Assembly: GCA_951406725.2 (NCBI GenBank)
Contig: OX597825.1
Location: 87,172,001-87,236,000, forward strand
Source of the DNA: Octopus vulgaris
Lineage: Eukaryota
DNA: 64,000 nt
Direction: 5' to 3'
Shown: positions 53,741 to 64,000 of the stretch, in pieces
How positions within the stretch are numbered: the first letter of the stretch is position 1
Layout of the letters: every line of letters starts with the position of its first letter
Position numbers and translations under genes: made by a program
The notes under the pieces: generated by a model
Databases searched by the model: none
Told to the model about the DNA's origin: nothing
What the model saw: the letters and a program-made list of their open reading frames with translations, nothing else

Positions 53741-54430
53741 TTTTGAAAAACTTAAATGAAATGTTTTTAAAAAGAATATTTGCATAGCATTCAAATACAA
53801 GGGGCATTTTCCTTTTTTGTGCCTGTCTCTGTCTTTCTTGTTTACCCTTGTGGGTTCCAAAATTTAATTGCTTTCCATACTTAGAGTTGAAAAAGTCTCA
53901 ATGAACTGAAGCCGGTACTAAAATGGTTTTTATGATAAAATTCTTTTAGCATTTTCTACCTTGATTTTTTTCCTGATATATATATATATGTGTGTGTGTG
54001 TTTGTGTGTGTGTATGTGTGTGTGTGTGTGTGTGTGTACAAACACACACACTCAGAAACATAAGAGGATGCAGTAAAATAGCAAAACATTAACCATTTAT
54101 GAAAACACATTTGAAGCCAAATAAATAATATGCATTTTGTTTTATATCACATGTAAATGCTAAAGGTACTAAAACTAATTTTGTTTGAATCATGCTAAAT
54201 GTGTTGTACTCTTTTTCTATAAGTCAACGTCCTTTGATCACTGGGAGGCGAAGTAGAACATTTGATAAGTTGATGACGGCTATTCAGGCAGAAACAACCG
54301 TACATAACTGACTATCTTCAGACAATAGGATTGTATTATTCTTTAAGGGCATGCTAATTTTGGGGAATTCTTTATTCCTGACGTTTTACTTTTTCATATA
54401 GGGCTGGTCTTAATTGCAACCTGGTAATAA

Positions 54431-54472
<42 letters not shown>

Positions 54473-54949
54473 TAGAGGCAAAGGTGATATACCTGTATTT
54501 GTCTATGTTTTTCAAGTTCACTGGTTTCTCTGTGCTATTTCCTTTTGCTTTTCTTTTCATTTAAATCGTACAAATTATCCAGGCCATATACATGTGTTAT
54601 ACTCTTTATGTATATGTCTAAATCCCTTGGCTGTTGGTCAAAATGTTAAACAATTGTCGTGCTGATGACGCCAATTGAGGCAGAAAAACGTCTCTGTCAC
54701 CGCCCTCTTATCACCAGACAATGAATCTGTATTTAACTTAATGATATGTCTACTTGATTCTTGAGATTTTCTTCTGTTCTCGAGTGCAGCAGGTCTTAAC
54801 TAACATTTGGAAATTTTGGCAAATCCGCTTCGGTTGGAAACGATTTGAGTAAATCAAAAATTTATGGTGTATGGTATTTGAGATAATTGTATTTCTCTCT
54901 CTCTCTCTCTCTTTATCTATTTCTCTCTCTGTATCTGTGTCTTTATCTG

Positions 54950-55000
<51 letters not shown>

Positions 55001-57056
55001 ATAGACACACATACATGCATACACATATACGTGTGTGTATGTATATATATATACATAAATATACATTTGTGTATGCATTTCTATGTATATTTATATATAT
55101 GCATATATAACTATGCTCGCTCACACATACACGAAAATCTTCTAAAATTTTAATTAACCAAGACATTGATGGAAGTAATCAACGTTTGCGATAGCAAGTG
55201 ACAGTTGCCCACTTAGTGAACTAATTAACTGAATAATGATTGTAGGTAAACATTTATCAAATTTCTGGTTTATGTTAATGTGACAGGTGGAGAAACATCT
55301 AAGATACGCGAGAAGACGTTGGTCTCGATAAGCAAACATTTAAAAGCAATAAACTACATTTTGTTTTTTACATCGAAGACTCGGAATCGAAGTGGAAAGT
55401 AAAAGAATAAAGAAAGAAGGAAATAGAAGACAGCAATAGGGTAGATATATTAAGGTTATGTGAGTAGGAAATCATTAAATGTTGTGTATACCTTAGAACA
55501 AGTATGGCTGCCATTACCTCAATTGACTGAAATATTGTGATGTTTACATCAAGTATTGTCCCAGGAGATAATGGCTAAGTGGTTTAAAGAATTGAAACCT
55601 GTGAGTAGAAATAATTATTTGTATTAGAAAGTGTCTTAGACTAATATATCATCCTGGTTTATTTATAGCTTCATACAACAACGAAGAAAAACATGATACC
55701 AGTTCAATACACTTGGCATGTATTAGTTGTCTAATGCTATAAAATACAGTGTGTGTGTGTGTGTGTGTTGACGCATGAGTGGGAGGAGGGCCGCCAGTAA
55801 AATAGTCGAAGGAAGGAAGGAGTAGGTATTAGTATTCATCTTAAGAAATATGAAAGCATAAGAAAGTTGGAATAAAAAATATAGAAACTTGAGAAGTAGT
55901 GTAAGTGGGAGCTCAAGATAGGGATGTTAATGGGTTTGAGATGACGAATTTCTCCATTGTTGCTGCGACCAAGAAGACACCATACATATATATATGTGTG
56001 TGTCTGTGTTTGTGTTTGTGTGTGTGTGTGTATAACGTTTTACTGGTTCCAGACAATAGACTGAAGACGAACGCGATTCTTTAGTCGACCATTCCGATCC
56101 TAATAAACAACACAATGCATTGCGATATGCTTTGTTTTATTCTTGTTCTCGATCAGCTAAGTTACAACATATTAACAAGAATATCAGGTTCGTTTTGATC
56201 GGTTGAGATGTCAAAACAGACACACAGACGCGCATATCTATATGTGGGAGGAAGGCCTGGAGAGTGTTGTTTCGAGTTTGAAGGTAGGACTACCCAAGGC
56301 ACGCCTTCTATCTGTTTTCCTTTTGTTTAAACACGTGATGTCTCAGTTGTTAAGTGTTTTTTGATTTCTGTGCATGTGTAGAGATATAATTACTAGCAGA
56401 CGCCACTTAATTACCACGTCTCAAGTAATTATGAAATGTAAATTTTAAAATGAAATGTAGTGCAGTTTATTTTAAAATAAACGTATTTCACTGATAATTC
56501 TTCAACTTGTTTCTTCATTGCCTCCAAGCAAGACGTCGGAGAGGAAACAACAAAAGCCATAAGTAAATACAAAACAATGAGGAGCCAACCGCAGACAGCA
56601 AGAAACGTCACTGAAATAACAGAACAGTGATAAGTGGAGTGAATCATCGTCGGCAAGGATGAGAGCCTCAACGTCAACGATGCCATAAAGGAGACCAGAT
56701 AAATTATGTTCATCAGCAAAGAACACGATTCACTCTGGTAATGAACCGGATAATTTAGATTTTAAATAAGTTCACTTTATTTTAATGAATCTAACTAGGT
56801 TATCTTCATTGAATTTATATCAAAACACTGAACCTAGAGTGGATGAAAAAGGGAAAAAGTGAGCCAGCTAAATTGTGTATCTCAGGCTGCCAGATCCCTC
56901 AAGAATGTTACTAAAAGACCCAAATTTTGCTTCCTTATAAGAAGTTTCTTGTCCATTATCGAAGTCTCACTACAAGTTCTCCACAGAAATTGCTCTCTCC
57001 TTCCTCTTCCTTTAGTCGGCATCAATTCATATAAGTTTACTTTATTAGTGGTTTGA

Positions 57057-57126
57057 AGGTTTCATATTCTAAACAATATCGACAAGGTTTCATATTCTAA
57101 ACAATATCGACAAGGTTTTATATTCC
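57057..57126. repeat. ~27-28-bp tandem duplication (2.5 copies)
   Basis: aggttt(t)catattctaaacaatatcgaca is repeated. Confidence 0.9.
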
Positions 57127-58740
57127 TACTAATTATCATGACCAATTTTTGAAGAAGCTCAGCAAGTTTCTCAAAAAATAGGAGCAGTTACCTCATAGAT
57201 ATAAGTTATAGAAAGAATTGATAATTAATCTTAAGTGTTTGATGTTTCTGACTGACTGGGCAATATCTCTTAGGTTCCCTTGCTGCTTAGATCGAATAAA
57301 CCGTTATAAATATTGTTTGAAGAAAACGGAGTCACACACACACATACATGCACACACACATACACACACACACACACCTACTACTACTATACTCCCTCAC
57401 ATGTACCCTTTCCCCTTCACTCCCCACATTAACTGAAACTGATGTAGCACCTCTAGAGACGATCATCATTGGAACCGATAAAGCTCTTCCGCACACGTTA
57501 GTGAGACAAAATTAATGACATTTGACTTAGAAGTCGTTGTAGCATGCGGTAACGTGTTGCTACATGTAATGTAATTTAACTTCTTGTACTGAGTTGTCAC
57601 ATTTTAGATGATATTGAAAAACTATTCGAACATGAAAAAATAACACCCAACAAAGAAGATTTTGACCATCAAAAATTTCTTCATCGTATATTTTCTACGC
57701 TAAATGCGTTCTAAAGAAATGAAACTCTCACTAATCCTTCCGGAAATTTTGATTTCTTTGAAAAAGTTACGTCGGTGCAACAATTCATTTTCCTTGAAAA
57801 CCCGAGAGAGAATCGAACCAAGTTGTGTGACAGAGGGAAAGATTCGTGAGTCTTCAGCTGAATTCCATTCCGTTGAGTTGAAACTCTCAGAATAAAGTTG
57901 ATAATGAATCCCAGCGCTTTCTATAGATGAGAGTCAAATGTTTATCCCAAAGAAATTGCTTCGAAAGGAGAATAGGATTTAAACAATTGCCTGTTCGGTC
58001 GTTATTCTGAAAGCACAGCGAGTTGATTGCTGCAACCGTAGAATATATCGTTGATGTGTGTTCAATGTACTTCAATATGAAGTTGACAATAAGATATACA
58101 CATACAGAAGGAGCTGGTATTTACAGCTTGTTATAGTCACTCTTGAGAAAACCACAAAACTGAATCTAGCAGCAGAATAATTCTTAAAATCTAGGATATT
58201 ACTTCTTGGAGATTAAAGGATCATTTTGAAGTTGCTTTTTTTTTTCTCCATTAGATATTTTTTAATACTCACATGAAAGATAGAATCAATGTGAATAGTG
58301 TGTAGGAGAAAAAATCTATTTCTTGCAATTTTAGCTTTTTTTGTTGCAGTAGTATAAAAGCATAAATAAAACGAAGTGAAATATTATTCATTGACACGTC
58401 CTAGTAAACATGGGTATAAGTAGCGAGCTTATCCCTGCTTTGAGAGAAAAAGAGGCACTGAGAAAAGAAGGAGTGCGTGAGAGGGGGAAAGACGGGTAGG
58501 TAGATAAAGAGAGGGAAGGAGTGAAAGAGAGGAAAGAAGAGAGAGAGAATGAAAGAGATTTGAATAAAGAAATGTAAACACAAGATTTAGTTTGTTCAGC
58601 TGACAATGTATTTGTTAACGATATTTAGTCAACCATTCATCTATTCAACTTCATACAAAAGCAAAGAATTAATGTACATCACTAATCAAAATATGTTATG
58701 TATGCACCAGCACAAATTCACAAACACAATATATCTATAC

Positions 58741-58782
<42 letters not shown>

Positions 58783-59637
58783 TTCCATTTGTACTCATAT
58801 ACAATAGTGCATATGTGTGTATGTTTGTGGTTATACCTGCATAAATGTATTTTCTGAAAGACTATTATTATCAAAGACATGAATTGGTGAGTATATATAA
58901 AGTGCTGCCTGTGTATACATCTCGTGAATAAGTGGATGTGGACCCAGGCTTGTCTCTTTGTCTATTTGTCAGCGAATGCCGTTGAAAACGTCGTAGTTAT
59001 GAATACTTTAGTTTCCGATAAACAATCCTCTGTCCATAGTCTTCGTAGAACTTCTCTTCTTGTAAATGTTAATGCCATCCACAATAGAATTCTGAGTAGC
59101 AGCAGCAGCAGTTGTGACAGCAATTACAACTTACCATTGTATGAGAATTCGTGACTATATTCAACAGATCACTTTTCCAAGATGATTACGAATATTAGTT
59201 GTAAGTTTTCACTGAAATCCGAATAAGCATTACATATTGTAATCTGAAATTATAATTCTACGGTTTTTAAGATTTCGGCATTGACTATTTTTGAAACAAG
59301 GTGGTTTATTATTCGGGAAATACTTCTAATACTGGCGTTAAGTAATAATACTTTTAAGGGATGGAGTAGCGAATTCTTTTGGCCTCACTACTTGACCTCA
59401 AGCTATTAAATCAAGATTCAGCTTCGGTGATGACAAGACAATCTAATAATATTTGTGCATCCTCACTGTAGCAGCATTTCTAATTAGAATTCCCATTGTA
59501 GTTATAGGAAATATGTTAATGTTTATTTAACTAAGGAACTTGATATTCTTGATCAATGCATATTTGCAATTGTCCATATAGGGATATTTACATATAATCA
59601 TATCATCTATCGATATCTTATTCAATATAATCACACA

Positions 59638-59676
<39 letters not shown>

Positions 59677-59779
59677 GCATTACATATGCCTATATGTACA
59701 TATACATACCCACATATGTTTGTGTGTGTGAGTGTGTGTGTATGTATGTATTAAATTACATATGTAAGTGTACCTGTCA

Positions 59780-60171
59780 TGAGAGTATTTAAAGAGTTGT
59801 TTACTCTAAGGTGAGTATGAAAATACTCCCACATTGAGTATGAAACCTGTCATTGGTTTCGTGGAACGGTAGGGCGAACGGAACAGCAATGCCGTTGATT
59901 CTCCTCGACAATCCAAACAAGCACAAGCTGGTGGTTTTCCCCCACATTCCCGCGGTTGATGATCGTTGCAGCTCTTCGAGATTGCTCGTCGTCTTCCAGG
60001 GACGTACTTCCACTTCTGAAGCGCCACAACTTGCGAATTAAACACAGCGATGCCACTCGTCACACCGCCCCATGAAGGTCACTGCTACCTCTCACTGCGC
60101 ACGAAACCGTGTGCTGCCATCTGTTGGCGCTCTACCGAAATAGTCCAGGAACGCTTTGATACCACCTCGTA
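59780..60171 (-). mobile_element. Internally deleted mariner (5' TIR + transposase HTH relic)
   Basis: Minus strand begins TA-CGAGGTGGTATCAAAGCGTTCCTGGAC. The ORF contains WRFRSGSTSLEDDEQSRR, matching mariner F+SG..SL.D..RSGRP. Confidence 0.75.
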
Positions 60172-62150
60172 CTTCCGATGTTAATGCTTCACAATATGCT
60201 GCTAGCAAAATTCTCCAGCGTTGACATTTTGCATATTCCTTAGGAATTGTGCACTAAAAGTAAATGGAATCTTCGTGTTACATATCAATAAACCTTCATA
60301 TTTATTAGAATATTTAGCCGAAAATTACACAAACCTGAGTTGTTTAGCGATTCTCTTGGTTTTGGTCACAGTCAGCCGTATGTTTCTTAAACTAGTTTCG
60401 TCCTCACTAAGGAACTTCGGGACAATCTCACAAGACTTAGTATTTACGATAATTGTAACCAATATTAATGTAAAGATTTATCTTTTAGGAAGGTTTTGAC
60501 AATATTAGTGTTGAGTAGAATTTCGAAGAAGTTACAGGAATGTGGTCGCTACTTGGTGTTGAAATCAGAATTTTTTGTCCTTTGAACAGACTGAAACAGT
60601 TTGGAGTTTAAAAGTTGAGCTAAGAAAAAGAAAGTCACGGGATAAGTGATAATACAGCTGCTTGATAAGTGATTATCATACTTGAAGCAGAACATGTTTG
60701 CAGGAGACGTGATAAACGACGTGTTAATAAATCTTTGCTAAAAAATTTATTTAAAAAATCAGCTGTAAAAAGGATTTGCAGGAAATGCAGTGGACCTTAA
60801 GATATATAACCTCATATAAGGACCATCATCAGAAACAGATATAGAACTAGAGACATTTAAGTAATTATCATAAAAAAAGTATTTGATTCCATTGAACCAA
60901 CAAATTTACGTAACGCCTTCAAGTGATTTGTCCCAGCTTCCCACGTCTCATCACTAATACTTTCTTTGGTAATACCTTCTCCAAATTCCAATCAACTCCA
61001 CGTACTCGGGATTGTGCAACGGTCATGCGCACTCCAAAGTATTCCGAAATATCTTATTTGGGAACAGTAGTGTGTTATTTGAGAGAGATTTGACTGCTGT
61101 CTTCACTAGGTTGAGTGACCACGTAAGGGCTCCCTTACAAACCTATTGGTCACCAAGTATGCACTGCTCCGCCACACGTAGAATACCGGGGTCAGATGGA
61201 AGTGACGTCATCTAAAGCTGGAAAAGCAGAGAGTTAAATGTCGGAACATAAATATAAAATAAAAGGAATAAATGTCATCCAATCACACAAACATTAAAAG
61301 CTGATATTTGAACTGGATTACAGACTCTACAGCTACCAACAGTGACTAAAAAATGGCGACCAGCCACGGGCTAAAATTACTTACACGTACTATTGCAGTA
61401 GCAGAATGTGTGAGCAAATGTATAACACACATTACATTGGTTTGCTTGCTTATTCTTTGTCCTCACTTTATCAAAACGAGAAATACATTCACGTATGGCC
61501 CACCTCTATCAATGGAGTATATATACCTCGTGCCATGCAATTTCTAGGACTTCCTAATCCTGTTTAATTGAATGCATGCTAAAGCTCCAGTTAGAGTTAG
61601 AGTTTAGATATTTCTCATGAAAAGTGGTCCTATCTTTTGTGAATACTTTCACTTTGTCCCGACTGCTTTTTGGTTTGTGATTCGAACAAACAAGTCCTTT
61701 TCAATAACGTTGTAAAGATTTATAAATCCTACGTTGTCGTTTTTGTGCTAACACTTTTGTCAATGTGACGTCAATGAATTTCCATGTTTCAAATTTGTGA
61801 ATCTGTTGGCGTCTGTAACTGTTGTTTTATGACGATTCATTTCAGTTTAGATTTTACGTTTGTTTTCGTCTATTGAAAAAGGGTTTTGCTATTTTTGGAG
61901 GGGTTGGAATATACAGCGCTACTTTCATTTTCATGAGTCCTTTTCTTTGCTCCTCACGTACATGAAGCCGTATTTAAAACAATGTAAAACCAAGATATAT
62001 TAATATCTAAAAGTCAAAACTTTTGCCTGCTGCAGCTCAGAAAACAGACTTTCTTCCACTTGTCCTGAAGTTACATCGCCTCAGAGTAATCCTAAAAGTT
62101 AATTTCTACGTCCAATGAAACTAAGACTTTCTTGGAATCCAAATTTCTCG

Positions 62151-62238
<88 letters not shown>

Positions 62239-62269
62239 ACTACTACTGCTACTAATACTACTGAATATA

Positions 62270-62690
62270 TGGCAGGGTTCTTACATAACTTCTCTGGAAC
62301 ATGCCATGAAACAGGGGCCTCAAGTTACTAAAAGTATAACCATGCTAATGGATAGAAAGCTACGAGTCAACTTAGCAGACATCATTGTAAAACAAGAGAA
62401 AACCAAGTCTGACAAATAATTGACATGTTTCGTCCAAATTAAAATAGCATGTCCGTAAAGGAGATAGGGAAGTTCTCTAAATAGAACGATCCAAGGATTG
62501 CAATTGAGAGAATATAGAATCTGCACAGAGGAATTATTCCAATAATTATAGAAATACTTGATAGTCTGAGAACAATTTCATAAAACAAAATAAAGAATGG
62601 GTTAAGAGACATCTTCTCTACTTGAAGTCTTGGAGGTAGCTCAGCTGGGAATTGTATATATTTGGCGTAAAACACCAGCTATTGAGGTAA
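62270..62690 (+). pseudogene. Decayed R4/Dong-type RLE fragment after a (CTA)n/(CTG)n array
   Basis: DRKLRVNLADIIVKQEK...IDM...SVKEIGKFSK*ND..IAIERI*NL...IIPIII, colinear with 31318-31600. Confidence 0.6.
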
Positions 62691-63111
62691 AATCATGTAT
62701 ATTTTTGCAGTTATATTACACAATAGCGTTACAGCTGTCGAGATCTTATATATTTTTTAGGGAAATTTTTTACATGTAATGCTGTGAATAAACTTGACTG
62801 TTAGATTTACAGCAATCTGATGTAAATCTATGATAATTTCAGTAATCTAAATGCAATAGGATTTATTTCGTGCTGTCAGTTTTAACAAGTTATTTGTTTG
62901 TGGAAGGATTGAAGAAAAATAAATTTACTCAACAGAAAGCATTGAAAGTATGGAGATGGTTTAATTTTTGAAAATTACCATAAAATGATGTATAGATGAA
63001 ACAAAACTAGAAGAAATAAATTATAGTTTATATTTATTTCATTGTAAATGTGTAGCAATAAATGTAACGTAATTGCATGCTCTCAAGTAGATGCATTTAT
63101 GCACTTGGATA

Positions 63112-63153
<42 letters not shown>

Positions 63154-63254
63154 TGAAACGGAGAGAGAATATAAATATATATATGGGTATGAGAGAGAGA
63201 GAGAGAGAGAGTGACTTGCGCAAGTGTTTGCATGCGTGTGCAAAAGAAAATGAA

Positions 63255-63640
63255 TCTTTATACACATACATACATAAATATATATAAATACATACGTACA
63301 TACATACATACAAACATACATAAATATATGCATACGTACAAACATAATACATACATACAAACATGCATACATCCATATATACAAACATACATAGGTACGT
63401 ACTAAATATACATACATACAAACATACATACATATATACATACATACATACAATCATACATACACACATACGTACGTACAAATATACATACAAACATACA
63501 TACAAACATACATACATGCATACATACATACATACGTATGTACAAATATACATACATACAATCATACATACGTACACATATACATACATATATACAAACT
63601 TACATACATACGTATATACGTACACATAGGCACGTATAGA
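63255..63640. repeat. Degenerate (CATA)n array
   Basis: Directly visible. Confidence 0.9.
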
Positions 63641-64000
63641 CACATGTATTCAATACCGATTGTAAAGCGAGTGAGCACTCAATACCATTCTACGACTAGT
63701 TCTGTATATTTTCAGTAATTTATCAAAGACAATTTAATAAACAATAACATCAACAATAGCAGGACAGGATTGATTCGTCATGGATACAAGAAATGTATTG
63801 TGGAAAGACAATGTCGTGCATGGAATTCAGTTCGCTCATCCACACCCCTGGTAGATATGGTGGTGCGCTTAAAAACCCCACTCCACAACCGCTAAGTTTT
63901 GGGTTGTTTCACAATGTATAATCTTTGAGCAAATGTTTCCAGTCATTGTCCACAGTAAAATTGTGGATGACATTTCGTAGACAGACCTCGACAAAGATAA

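Overview
This is AT-rich, microsatellite-saturated eukaryotic DNA, probably intronic or intergenic. The SINE types and (TA)n/(CA)n/(TATG)n density suggest an octopus or other coleoid genome (inference). No host protein-coding gene can be firmly called, and nearly all listed ORFs are microsatellite artefacts. The one long real ORF (3273-5591) is a young, 5'-truncated Tx1/L1-clade LINE (RT plus zf-RVT). It sits in the internal (TATC)n of an older SINE, and its last 42 nt match the 3' tail of a second SINE family. The window also holds about 12 tRNA-derived SINEs with swappable tails, at least six R4/Dong-type restriction-like-endonuclease LINE 3' ends next to (TAA)n or (CTA)n arrays, and mariner, RTE and Penelope/GIY-YIG relics. 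There are several long hairpins and a near-perfect 223-bp direct repeat. The most interesting signal is a set of short non-coding inserts, mostly beside (TA)n, carrying minimal hammerhead-ribozyme-like cores (CUGANGA...GAAA-palindrome-UH). Two are built as long inverted repeats, consistent with non-autonomous Penelope pLTR or retrozyme-like elements. A few strong minus-strand splice-site pairs hint at a spliced transcript crossing the window. All alignments and counts were done by eye.
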